Assembly: GCF_009834535.1 (NCBI RefSeq)
Contig: NC_045732.1
Span: forward strand, 15,438,001 to 15,502,000
Direction of reading: 5' to 3'
Length of the DNA stretch: 64,000 nt
DNA from: Camelus ferus
Lineage: Eukaryota
Shown here: positions 1-11,350 of the stretch, one piece after another
Position numbering within the stretch: the stretch's first letter is position 1
Layout of the letters: each line of letters starts with the position of its first letter
Notes under the pieces: model-generated
The model's input: the letters and a program-made list of their open reading frames with translations, nothing else
Told to the model about the DNA's origin: nothing
The model's database searches: none
Position numbers and translations under genes: made by a program

Positions 1-293
1 ACAACATGGGTCTATAACTCTGTATCCCATAAATACAACGCTGTATTCTGTAAATATTTCCTGGATGAATTACTTCCTCCCGACTTAGAGAAGGTTCATA
101 AATGCGGAAAGTGAATTTGTCCTTTTTGTTTAAAGGATCAGTCAGTCTAACTTGGCAAACTGATGGTGTGTTGCATCTGAACAGTGTGTTGCAGTGTCCC
201 TCAATAATGATGTCATTTGAATATTAACTAGGTAAGAATATGACTTTTTGGGAAAGTATCTCAGTGCTCTGAGTTAGTGGAATACTGCCTAAC

Positions 294-507
294 CAGGTGT
301 TGCAAACTTAAATGCCTCCGGCGGGGCAGAGAGGCAGTCTAGATGGGAGTACTGAGCACATAGAGAACAGAACGGAATGGTGGGAACAACGAAACATTTG
401 AATGTGCGAGCCCTGTCTGAAAGCGTGCGTTCAAATACAAAATTTCTAGAAAAACATTGTGTGGGCGGAATAAAATACATCCAAGGGCCCCGACTTTGTA
501 ACCCCTG
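294..507. mobile_element. hAT-Charlie-type MITE (MER102-like)
   Basis: Terminal inverted repeats CAGGTGTTGCAAAC ... GACTTTGTAACCCCTG; ~210 bp non-coding element; start resembles remembered MER102-group consensus. Confidence 0.5.
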
Positions 508-931
508 ATCCAACAAAGCCAATTAGTATTCTGTTGCAGGCTGATGTTGTGTAGCTTTAAAACCATAATCCTTTGATTATTTAAACACTCTTTACAACTT
601 TCAACAGCTACTTTGTTGCCAGGATCTCCTTTCTGATAAAGAAAACAAAACTCAAGACATACAAACAACCCTGTGTGTTCTTTAAACTGTAGCTAAACAT
701 ATGGGAACTTCTTTCCTGTGGATGTTATCATTCTCTGTGCACTGTGCTGAATGGGGGAGAAAAATTCACCTTTTTCCGTGTATATACATAAATAACATGG
801 TGTAGACAAAACATATGCTGCCTTTGTCACTTAGATATTTTCACACTGAGTAGTGACTAGTGTTCAGAAATGTAAATTACTGATACAGATACCTGCCAAA
901 GTTTCTAAGCATAGATCTCCATAGGATATGG

Positions 932-976
932 ATATATATGTGTGTGTACACACACTCACACACACACACACACACA
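932..976. repeat. compound (TA)/(TG)/(CA)n microsatellite
   Basis: ATATATATGTGTGTGTACACACACTCACACACACACACACACACA read directly. Confidence 0.9.
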
Positions 977-1494
977 GAAAAAATGGGCTTTCTAGAAACA
1001 CAAAACAAATAGCTTTCAGGATGTTCTTGTCTTGACTGCAGTTGACTTTTATTTCCTATTCCTTGGTGCAGTGTGTTGACCTTATAAATGTTATAAGATG
1101 TTGACCTGTAAATATAAATAAGAATTGTCCATAAGTGGTATTGTATTTCTGAACACAGAAGTCAGATTCTCCTCTAAGCTGCATGAGGTTGCTTTGAGCT
1201 TGTAGTATTGAAAAGTAATAAAACTTTTTTTTGAGAAGCATTTTCAATTAGAGTGGTTAACCAAATATTCTAATAATAGGGATTATTTGCTACAAACATC
1301 TGCTACAAAATGGAAACTCAGCAAAATATTCTTGTCCCTCAGTTGTAGGGGTCAGAAGGCTGTCCTACATTTTTCTGGCAGAAAAGGCAAATAAGCCTGA
1401 CTATTTCAATCTAACAAACATCAAAGCTGTTTCTTGGAGGCACATGAACAAGCTGTAGTTCCTGCCCTTGTACAGAGAGAAATATGGTACCAAG

Positions 1495-1701
1495 CTTTGT
1501 TGTCCAGTATGGTAGCCTCTAGTCACATGTGGCTGTTTAAATTAAAATTAAATTAAATTAATCAAATTCAGATCCAGTTCCTTAGTCACACTGGCCACAT
1601 CACAAGTGCTCAGTAGCCCTGTGTGGTTAGTGGCTACCATACTGGACAGTGGAGATATAGACTATGTCCATCATCATAGAAAGTTCCATTGTGCAGTGTT
1701 G
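1495..1701 (-). mobile_element. MER3-type hAT-Charlie MITE
   Basis: TGTCCAGTATGGTAGCC...CACATGTGGC, AT-rich core, GTGGCTACCATACTGGACAG, ATAGAAAGTTCCATTG: reverse complement of MER3. Confidence 0.85.
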
Positions 1702-1719
1702 TAGAAATGATGAACTCAC

Positions 1720-1897
1720 CTCTGGAGTCAGAATGACTGCGTTTGAAACCAAGAAGAGTCCCTTGAGATCGCTGTGTCTCAGCTTCCCCCATCTGTGAGA
1801 TGGGCATGATACTTTCAAGAGGGCTGCTGTGAGGATTAAATGAGTTTATCATATAAAATACTTTTATAAGTACCCGGACCATAGCAAGTGTGTGATA
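1720..1897 (+). mobile_element. MIR SINE
   Basis: CTCAGCTTCCCCATCTGTGAGATGGG and GCTGTGAGGATTAAATGAG match the MIR core. Confidence 0.8.
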
Positions 1898-1949
1898 GAT
1901 CCAGTGGGGACTTCCTCAATAGATGTTCAACAGATCATTCTGAACACTC

Positions 1950-2580
1950 AGAAGAGGCAGCAAATTAATTCTGATGCAGAGAGATTTAAGAAGCTTCATG
2001 GAAATGGTGACATTCAAGTTGGACCTAAAATGATGACTTTTAACAAGTAAAGAAGGGAAGTGGGTGGGGAAGAAGGGTATTTAGCCTGTGCAGAGGCATG
2101 GAGGTATTAAATTATGTGGCACATCTGGGTCATGGCAAAATTGCCCAGTTTTCCCATGGAAAAGAGTAAAGGCAGAAGGTGAGGCTTGGACGGCAGAGGA
2201 AGAAAGACTATGGTGCCTTGCCTGCCACACAAGGTGGCCAGATTGTATTTTATAAAAAAAGTAAGGAGCCATCAAGGAATTTTGACATGACCATACCTAA
2301 GGCTTAGAATGATAACAGTGGTGATATTGTGGAAGATGGATTAAAGTGGAGGGGTCCAGCAATCAGGAAGGAAGGAGTGGGGGATGAGATCTTGAAGTAA
2401 GTCTGTGATCTTGAATTAAGGCTGAGAAAGTATGGAGGTAAGAGAGAGAGGGGTGTTGAAAAGTCTTGGGGGTGAGTTCCATGTAAAGAGGTGGAAAAGG
2501 GGGGCTTTGAAGACAACTGCTTGGGCTTCTGACTTGGGTGGAGATGCTGTTACTAAAACGGATTTGGGGAGAAAGATCAG
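1950..2580 (-). mobile_element. L2 LINE fragment (old, degenerate)
   Basis: Purine-rich text typical of antisense L2 (GGTGACATTCAAGTTGGACC, GGAGCCATCAAGGAATTTT, GGATTTGGGGAGAAAGAT). Confidence 0.55.
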
Positions 2581-2589
2581 GCACACATC

Positions 2590-2750
2590 TCCTGTGAAGC
2601 CTTCCTTGACCTCTCCAGACAGTGCTGACAGCTCCTGTTTTGTGTTTTACATTCTAGCTCTAGATGGCAGCAGCGGTCTTGTGCTAATCTGATTCTCCCT
2701 GCCATGGGCTGTGAGTTCTGTAAGGACAGGACCAAACCACATCCACACGG
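2590..2750 (+). mobile_element. L2 3' fragment
   Basis: CTCCTGTGAAGCCTTCCTTGACC and GGGCTGTGAGTTCTGTAAGGACAGGACC resemble the L2 3' end. Confidence 0.45.
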
Positions 2751-2784
2751 TTATGTGTCTTCTTGGGGAACCTCTCCCATCCTT

Positions 2785-3140
2785 TTTCTTGCCAGCAGAC
2801 ACCCCCTCCCACTAAAATGCCGAAATCTGTGTTCCTAGCCTCCCTTGCCACTCAGGCCTGGGCGTGGCCATGTGAGTCAGTCCTGGCCAGTGTGAACTGA
2901 GGGGACTGTTGGGCCTGGGGCTGGGCAGAGACTTTCTTCCTTGACAGAGGAGCATATTGAAATGGGACACTTGTCTCCCCTTCGTGCTTTAAGGCACTGT
3001 TTTGAGAAAATGTGACAGGTAGAGCTGTGGCTGCCATGTTGTCACAATGAGGCAAATGTGAATAATCATAGAAGCTGACAGTGAACCCTGGTATTGTTGA
3101 AGCCCTGGACCAAATATGGACTGCCTTTCTCCTCGTATTT
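2785..3140 (+). mobile_element. old ERVL/MaLR LTR (MLT1K- or LTR33-like)
   Basis: CCTAGCCTCCCTTGC...GGCCATGTGAGTCAGTCCTGGCCA and AGCTGTGGCTGCCATGTTGTCACAATGAGG motifs. Confidence 0.5.
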
Positions 3141-3780
3141 CCCTGGCTCTTTACATCACTTTAAATAGGTCTTCTCTTACTCATGTGCCCTCAGAGGCAA
3201 ACTTGCCCCTAGTAGAGAACCATAGTTCTAGGCAGATACTTTGTTTATATGTCAAAATCTAAAGGACAAATAATAGAAACTACAGAAATACCTGTTATGA
3301 ATCGCTGGTGAGTACATGAGAATCCATCTAACAGCCTAAGGAATGGGATGGCGGGGAGGACAGAGCCTATGGGGACTGGGAGGCTGTGCACAGGAATTGA
3401 GGAGCCAGGTGACATCATGGGTGCTGTGGAGGGGTGATTGGTCTGGCTGGAATGTTCCAGAAAACTCCTAGGGAGTCAGGGTCAACAGCAGACACCAAGA
3501 AACAGGCTTGGCAGTTATCATTGGAGTGGATCCAATGACAGTTCTTGCCTACTTCAGGAGCTGAATTTGGAGATGACTCGAGAAAATGCTGCTAGAAGCA
3601 GGACTTCCACCATGAAAACTAGTTGATGTTTCCACATCAAGGCTATTAACTGAAGCTGCCTCATTATATTCCATTATCTAGGTTTTAAAGCCTGAATAGA
3701 GTAGACTGTCTTTAGAAAAAGGCCTCCCCTCCTCCTCCTTGCTCCTCTTCAGAGATTGTCAGTTTATCCACGGGACAGAG

Positions 3781-3801
3781 CTCAGCACCTGTGACAGCGC
3801 T
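3781..3801 (+). promoter_or_regulatory. candidate RE1/NRSE (REST) site
   Basis: CTCAGCACCTGTGACAGCGCT vs canonical TTCAGCACCACGGACAGCGCC: 16/21 identical, canonical 2-nt spacer. Confidence 0.6.
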
Positions 3802-4565
3802 GCGTGCTCTGTGCAGATAACTATCACACTGTTCTGGAGTTAGTACTGAATTACCAAAGGACAATATGGCAATGAAGAATAGTAAATGGATATTTATTAG
3901 TGAGCAAATCTCTTCTTAGGCCTATAATTCCTGGATTAAAAACAACCCAGGTGGCATCCTTTTAAGAAACATTACACAAACACGCCATATTCTCCTCCCT
4001 CCCACCATCTAAATTCCTAATATAATTGCCAACGCTCCCCCAACCCCCATTTTGTTTCTAATAAAAATAGAGATCCTTTCTTTGTACCATTGAGATTTTG
4101 CATTGCTAAGACCAGGGGGAAAATAAGGGAGGAAAAAAAAAGCCAAGTATGTTTTCAGCTTTTGCAGTAACTGTGGGCTTTAATCAAAATTGATGATTAA
4201 TGCTAACATCTTTATTTAAATGCCGGTGTTGTTATGACAAGTAAATTCCATTCGGCTGCACAGTGGCCCTATTAAATAAATGCACTGAACCTTTCTTCTT
4301 GCCTACAGGTTGGCTCAACAGCCTCCATCCTTCCCTTCCCATCTCCACTGTCTACAGTCCCCAAACAATTGATCATAATATCTTCTGTATGGTAATTAGT
4401 CCTGGAAGATGAGCTTTGATTTGAAATTATGATTTATGGAACAAAGGAAAATGTCTCTTTTGGTAAGACTGATACATTCTGAGCTTTAAATTCCCCTCAG
4501 GGTGAATTTCTTCAGTTCCTAAGAAGAATCTAGGAAGAAAGCAAAATGATATTTGAACAAAACCT

Positions 4566-4750
4566 ACTGTGTGCTAAGATTTGCTCTCATTTACTTCTCA
4601 CAGCATCTCTGGGACACAGAGATGTTCAGTGTTCTTATTTGACATACAGACAGAATGAAACTCAAAAGAGTTAATGAAATTTGCCCAAGGCTACAGCACT
4701 AGTAAATTTTAAAATCAGGTTCCAAGGACAAAGTGCTGTAGCTCTGACAC
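4566..4750 (-). mobile_element. MIR SINE
   Basis: GAAACTCAAAAGAGTTAATGAAATTTGCCCAAGGCTACAGCACTAGTAA matches the antisense MIR core. Confidence 0.65.
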
Positions 4751-5069
4751 CCGTCTCTTCCACTTGGGCCAGCTGCTGCCCATTCCGTGAGGTCTAGGAA
4801 CTGAATTAACCCTAGACAAGGGGAGAAGGGAAAGATGTTTTATCTTCAGTGCCCTCTAAACCACCTTTCTGTATGTGTCTAGTTAGCCATTCCCAATGCA
4901 TCTGAAAAGTCAGGGTAAAACTGGCCAACTGCTTTAACAAACATCCTCCAATTCAGCGGCATAATGTGATAGATGGTTTCATTGTCCCCAGTTGTCTAGT
5001 CTCTTGCTATGTAAGAAGACTGTCATCCTCACCCATTGCCACATGACTCGCAATGCGTCTTTGTGGCAG

Positions 5070-5437
5070 TGTATTAGTTCGCTAGGACTGCCATAGNNNN
5101 NNNNNNNNNNNNNNNNNNNNNNNNNNNNNNNNNNNNNNNNNNNNNNNNNNNNNNNNNNNNNNNNNNNNNNNNNNNNNNNNNNNNNNNNNNNNNNNNNNNN
5201 NNNNNNNNNNNNNNNNNNNNNNNNNNNNNNNNNNNNNNNNNNNNNNNNNNNNNNNNNNNNNNNNNNNNNNNCTCTCTCTTCTTTTAAGGACACCAGTCTT
5301 ACTGAATTAGAGCCCCACCTTCATGATCTCATTTATCTTTAATTACCTCTTTAGAGGCCCTATCTCTAAATACCGTCACATTGTTCATTAGGACGTCAAC
5401 CAGTGAACTTTGCGGGGATATAGCCCAGTCCATAACA
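5070..5437 (-). mobile_element. MLT1B-like MaLR solo LTR (partly N)
   Basis: TGTATTAGTTCGCTAGGACTGCCATA ... AAGGACACCAGTC, AATTACCTCTTTAGAGGCCCTATCTC ... CAGTCCATAACA. Confidence 0.85.
5097..5271. other. N-run (175 nt)
   Basis: Undetermined bases inside the MLT1B-like LTR. Confidence 1.
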
Positions 5438-5789
5438 GTGGGTAAGTGGATTTTCCACTCTGCTAACTGAGGCTCAGCCATATAACAGGCTTCAGCCAAT
5501 GAAATGTGAGCAAACATGATGGATGCCAGGTCTGAGCAGAAGCTTTAAGAGCCTTGCGTAGTTGCTCTGTTGTTGGTTCGTTTTCCCCTGTGCCATGAAA
5601 ACAGCATGTCTCATGGATTCTGGAATAAATAAAACATAAGGAGCATAGTCATAGCCAGAAAGCTGTTATCATGTATTATGAACTATAAATAAACCTTTTT
5701 TTCTCTTAAGCTATTGAGATTTTTGAAGTTTGTTACCACAGCATAACCTAACAAAAACTGACCAATACATGTAACAATGTAAACATTTA

Positions 5790-6110
5790 TTAATTCTTGC
5801 TCAGTTACAATCGAATGCAGCTTGGATACCTCTCCTTTTATGTTTCTCTTTCCAAATAGTAACTCAGGAATCTGAGCTCCTTGCATTATAGGCTTCTGTT
5901 ATTTTGAAGTCCTCATGTGTTGACACTCAGATGGAAGAGAAAGCCAGTGATTTCTTGGGAGATTTTAGTGGAGAAGCCTAGATATGAAATGTATCACTCT
6001 GTCTTCATGTCTTTGATGAGAATTAATCTCATGGTCTAAACTTAAATGCAGGGGAAGCTTAAGAACAGTTTTCCAGAATGCCCAGGAAAAGGAAATATTG
6101 GTGTGCATTT
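5790..6110 (-). mobile_element. old MLT1 (K/L-like) MaLR LTR fragment
   Basis: GAGAATTAATCTCATGGTCTAAACTTAAATGCAGGGGAAGC and GCCCAGGAAAAGGAAATATTGGTG resemble antisense old MLT1. Confidence 0.5.
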
Positions 6111-6679
6111 TGCTACCTCTGCTTGGTCACCTCTCCTCAATATTTAATTCCTGAGAGGGGTCCTCTCCTTCAGCTGTTAATAACATCCTGGGGTTATTAA
6201 CTGACTGTGGCATAAATAGTTGGATACACATCTGTTTTAACAAAGGGCTTTTAAAGATCAGAGAGCCTCATGAACCCCAAAGGAATAAAATGCTGATAAT
6301 CTACCTAACAGATGAAGCTGTAACCTATGTGCATCTATTCATAAGCCCAGCTGGACCCAAGTGGTTCAGTGAGTATTTTTTAAGCACTTAGCTGTGCCCA
6401 TGTGAGACCCTGGATGATATGCTGTGAGAAGCAGAAAGTGACTAATTTTGCCAGTGAGGTATTGATAAGGTCATGTGGAAACAGTGACATTTGAACTGGC
6501 CCCAAAGATTTGGTTCTGCCAGGGAAGGTAGCAAATGGCATTCTGGTCAGAAGGGCACTGTCATGTGATCACACAACAGAGCACAGTGTGTCATGGGAGG
6601 TACGAGTGGCAAAGAGTACCCAGATCACAGTGTGCATCTGGCTGGCAACAAGGAGGAGAGAGGACATGGGGAGGTAAAG

Positions 6680-7119
6680 TGTAGTGGGGTGAATGGTGGC
6701 CCCTCAAAAGATATGTTCACCTGGAACCAGTGGGTATGACCTTATTTGGAAAAGGGGTCTTTGCAGATGCAAATAAATTAAGGATTTCCAAATGAGATTA
6801 TCTTGGATTACCGAGGGGAGCCCCACATCCAGTGACAAGTGTCCTCATAAGAGGAGAACACATACACACACAGAAGGCCATGTGAAGATAGAGTCAGAGA
6901 CTGGAGTGATGCAGCCACAAGCCAAGGAATGTCTGGAGCCTCCAGAAACTAGAAGAAGCAAGGATTCTTCCCTGGAATCTTTGGAGGGAGCACAGCCCTG
7001 TAGACACCTTGATTTCAGATTTCTGGCCTCCAAAACTGTGAGGATAATTTTCTCTTGTTTTGAAGCCATGAAGTTTATATATAGGTGATTTATTATGACA
7101 ACCACAGAAAAGTAATACA
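6680..7119 (+). mobile_element. MLT1C-like MaLR solo LTR
   Basis: TG...CA ends; GAATGGTGGCCCCTCAAAAGATATG, GCAGCCACAAGCCAAGGAATG, CCTCCAAAACTGTGAG; 440 bp. Confidence 0.9.
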
Positions 7120-7262
7120 TGAGGATGTGAAGAGACTGTTCGATGTCTTTCTGAGGCATTTGGACATCATCCTGGGAGCAGGGGATGGACAGAGGAGGCA
7201 TTGTTGATAATCCTTAAGGTGGAACCGATATCATCTGCCTTGTACATGAGAAAGGCAACTCT

Positions 7263-7303
7263 ACTAACACAACGTTGTAAATCAACTATACTTCAATTAA
7301 AAA
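7263..7303 (+). mobile_element. 5'-truncated L1 3' tail (41 bp) with 12-bp TSD
   Basis: ACTAACACAACGTTGTAAATCAACTATACTTCAATTAAAAA flanked by identical AAAGGCAACTCT at 7251-7262 and 7304-7315. Confidence 0.85.
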
Positions 7304-7729
7304 AAAGGCAACTCTGGTGGCTCTGAAGGGTATCAGGCAATTAATATCAGTCTGCTTGTTCTTGGGGAGTGGGGTGATGGTGCGCTGTGGGTGAGCCTGA
7401 GGTTCAGTGGAGCTGAAGCTGGGACATCTCCCTCTAGAGACACCAGCTATGCCTTGGCCATGAGGTCCCAGAGTCTCTTCCTAGCCAGTGAGTTACCCCA
7501 GCACCCTCTCAGAGGATACCTAATGGGCTGCCTTTATCTAGCTCCCAGAATAACCAGTTCATTGCTAGAGGGAGGAGAATGAATCCTTTTCAGTGATTCC
7601 CTTCTGTAAAAGGCAGAAATATTTTTATCATTGGGCCATACTTTGCCTCTTTTGGAATACTGACCTCAGAAGTACTCTGAGTTCAGCATATGTGTGGGAG
7701 TGTCTCATTAGTTAGCCACCCAGTTCCAC

Positions 7730-8220
7730 TGATGGTTATTTTATTATTTATTACCATATAACAAACCACAGTACTTTGATTTTCTCTCATCATTCTGTGG
7801 GTTGACCAGCTCAGTTGTGCACCTCTTCTGCTGGCCTTTCTTGGGGTTTCTCACAGTTGTAGTCAGATAACCTCGGGTCTAGAGTCATCTGAAGGGGCTC
7901 ACCTGGGTCACTGGGACAGCTGAGCCTCTCTCCTTCTCCATGTAGTCTCAGTACCTTTTCCCTCCACATGGCTTCTCCATGTTGGGGAATGGGACTTCTT
8001 ACATGGTGATTTTGGGGTCCTAAATGTGAGAATTCCAAGAGGGAGGATGTAGAAACTTTTAGTACTCATGAAAGCCAGGTCTCAAGTTAGGGCAACCTGC
8101 CTTCTGCTGCAGTCTGTAAGTTAAAGCAATCACAGTAAAGCAGATTCAAGGAGGGAGAGGTAACCTCCATTTCCAGATGGGTGAAGACAGAGAATTGGCA
8201 GTCATCTTTAAACTGTCTCA
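7730..8220 (-). mobile_element. MLT1 (G/H-like) MaLR LTR
   Basis: CATTCTGTGGGTTGACCAGCTCAG, GAGTCATCTGAAGG, GGACTTCTTACATGGTG, AAAGCAATCACAG...AGATTCAAGG. Confidence 0.7.
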
Positions 8221-9374
8221 AGGCTATTTTTGAAAAGTTGCACTTTTGTCATTTTCCTTCAGCTGAACAAATGGGAGTAGAAGAGGCATAGTGTAGGTAG
8301 CCAATGAATATTTGATTAATAGATTTATGAATACATGTATGCACACATGCAAACAGCTTGGTTTCAGAATTCCTAAGTCATTTAAGATAGGAGATTTGAG
8401 AGTAGCCAAGGATGGAGTAATGAAATTAACCAGAAATACTGTTGAAGGGTTAGGTTCGAAAAAACAGAAAAGCTTCTTGTCCGGGCAAGAGTATAATGTC
8501 AGCATGGAGTAGTGTTATTAATTCAGTCATGTCGTTAATTGCAGGCTGGATGTGTACACCACAATGCTGAGCCCGGGGAAAACACAGTGTTTGCTCCTTG
8601 CCGTTTAGATGGGAGACTTGTTACAAAGAAATATTAATGACATTTAGTTCCTTTTTTCTTAATGAATTCTAATCTAGCAGATAAAACTGCTACAGGCATG
8701 AATTAAGAAAGATGAGCTAGTCACTGAAAAACTTCATAAAATTAAAAAGCTTTTAAATCAATATGTACGTTTCATCTTTACTGAATAATTCTGCATTCAT
8801 AAATTATTTTCGTTGCTTAACTTTTTCTAACCTTTCCCTTTCTCTCCTTCCTATGATATGAATCCTAAAAGACATCACTTTTCTAACTTAAGATACCATA
8901 ATTACTTTAATATTATAAATTAAATACTACCAGCTGTACTCATGTTTCAGGCAGCATACAAAAAGTATATCGAAATGCTGGGGGGAAATATCAACAACTT
9001 TTTGGGAAAATGTTATTCAAATTAAGAGATGGGTCAGCTGCCCAAATGACTAGGTGACTTTAACGCAGAAATCTCCAGTTGTATATTGTGCAATGAAATT
9101 CTTCAATATTTACTACTTTGAGTTGGGTATCTCAAACCATATACCAGGTATTAAATACTCAAAGCAACTTGTTCTCCTGTTTGAACAAATGAAGGTCTCA
9201 AGAGGACCAAAGAATACAAGAAACATTCAAAAATGCCTTGAACTTGACAAGCATGTTCCTGGGTACGTTTGCCTAGCCCACTCTTTCCCTCTGCCTGAAA
9301 CTCACATCCTTGGTGGGACTTGCCCCTAATTCCATTCACAGGCCTGCTCCATTTCAGCCTCACTCCCCAGAGTC

Positions 9375-9560
9375 ACATTTCCTGACCACCCTTGCTAAAA
9401 TAGCATCCCCCATCCTAAGTTTCTTCTTGGTGTGTGCATTGAGTGTTCGGTTTCCTGTTTATGATTTGTCTCTCTCCACTAAGAGCAGGGGCATTGCTTT
9501 CTCACTGCTACCCTACAGTGCCTGGCGCATAGCAGTTGTTCAGTTAATACCTATGTATTA
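9375..9560 (+). mobile_element. L2 3' end
   Basis: TTCCTGACCACCCTTGCTAAAATAGC ... ACAGTGCCTGGCGCATAGCAGTTGTTCAGTTAATA. Confidence 0.75.
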
Positions 9561-11204
9561 TTCATAAGACCAAGTCCCAGAATGCCAGCTTGATGTAATA
9601 CACAGAGGCTGAGGGTTTGGCCACTCCAAAGTCAGGTACACTTTTCCACAAAAGAGATAGATAAACACTGCCAATATAAGTCCTAGCCCGAGATTCTAAC
9701 ATGGAGGCAGCTGCACCGATTGTGGGAAAGGCTGCCGGGCTCAGATTGGCCTCATTATTCATGGATCATAAAAAAGAATGATTTCTTCCTCTTGGAAGAC
9801 AGCTTATCAGCAGTGTTTATTGCTTTGTACTAACCATATCCTTGCCATGCTCCTCGTGAAGACAGGCTCTGTCCCTTTCATGGCAGTCCCCTCTCCCAGT
9901 GGCCGCTCTCTTTTTTTGTATTTAAGCTCTGAGCTATCTCAGCAGCCTCAAATGATTCATTGGTAAAATATCTTTCGTTTGGATCACTGAAAGTTTTCCA
10001 GATGCATGGAGTTGCAGTAAACCAGGAAACGTCAGCAGAAAATCCAACATTTTATTGTATTGCTGCAAAATGATTTTCATTTCTTTCTACACCCAAATCA
10101 GTGCCCAGAAATTCCAAAGGATCCAAAACCTCATTGTTTTTCAGTGCCTCCACCATCAGTTCTATTTCAGGAACCAGTTGTACCCACCCACTCTCGATTG
10201 GGGAGAATAATTGTATGCATTTGTAGGAATGAAACTGAGTTCCCAAAATATTTGGTGACATTATTGAGGTTAGCTTTGTTTCTTTAGGGACGATCAATAT
10301 AACGCTAGAATAAATGTAGCATCAAATTGTATTATTTCAGTGGCAGGGCTTCTAATTATGATTCAGTTGATAAATCTGGTGCTAAGCATGCAATAACCTT
10401 GCCCTTTTGTTTATGTTTGCCTCTGTGCTAATTTTCTTTTTAAATTAAACTCCTCAGAAGAGAGCTTAAGGTGTGGAATTTTTATTTCAGTTAAGCAGTC
10501 CCTGCTTATTCATGGCATAGACCCGGCTCTCCTGGCCCATTGCCAGTCATACTTAAAGAGAGATGAGCTTATCAAGATAGCTTGACAATGCCAGGCACCA
10601 GTCTGCTACCTGATAATCTCAGTTTCAAAGAATTTCAAGCAAGAGGTATGGATTTAGTCTACTGTGCTGGCTAGGTAAAAGAACCACTGCCTGCTTCCTG
10701 GGTCACTTCACTGGGTACTAAGACTTGAAGTTGCTGGGATTTTGTCTGTTTGCTTGCCTTACTTGGGTCTCCCTAAGTGTAAAACTAGGAAAGTGTGCTT
10801 GAGTTCTCACAGCAGCGTGGTTCTGCCAACCCTCAAGACAGCTGATCTACGTAGAAACAGCAAGTTTAGGGCTGGAAGGAATATCTTGACATTCAGTGTC
10901 TCTAAGCACAGCACCAATACGAAAGTTACTGAGTAATGGAGAGCATCTGTCTGGTTGTGTAGGACAGTGGTTTCTAAACTAGAGCCACTCCCAGGAATGT
11001 CCACATGGTAAGGGTGGTTTACTTAACTCGTGCGGGAGACTGACCTTCATTACAAACATAAAGAGAGCATTTGGGGAAATATTTTCTGTTCCTGTATGGA
11101 GAAGTAATGTGTTCTTGCCAAACGTAATTGGATAGTATTTAGTATTTTAAGATGATAACTTGATGAAGGAAGACTTTGTCTTTTCTAAAATGGTTGTTTG
11201 TAAT

Positions 11205-11350
11205 TACTTACATATCTATGTTCCTCAAGATTATGAACTCTTTGAAGTTACGAACAATGTCTCTCTCTCCCAGTGCTGTAACCCCAGCCTAGGACAGAGT
11301 CTGAGACATGGCAGAGTGTCAGTAATACTTACAGATTGAACGATGAAGGG
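11205..11350 (+). mobile_element. L2 3' end
   Basis: AGATTATGAACTCTTTGAAG ... CCAGCCTAGGACAGAGTCTGAGACATGGCAGAGTGTCAGTAATA. Confidence 0.6.

Larger units (their letters stand above)
4965..5769 (+). mobile_element. MLT1I/J-like MaLR LTR, split by an MLT1B-like LTR
   Basis: 5' part TGTGATAGATGGTTTCATTGTCCCC...; 3' part CAGCCAATGAAATGTGAGC, AGCAGAAGCTTTAAGAG, AATAAA, ending GTTACCACAGCATAACCTAACAAAAACTGACCAATACA. Confidence 0.65.

Noticed and set aside
2055-2077. G-quadruplex motif GGGAAGTGGGTGGGGAAGAAGGG
   Set aside because: An isolated motif inside a purine-rich L2 remnant; such motifs are common.
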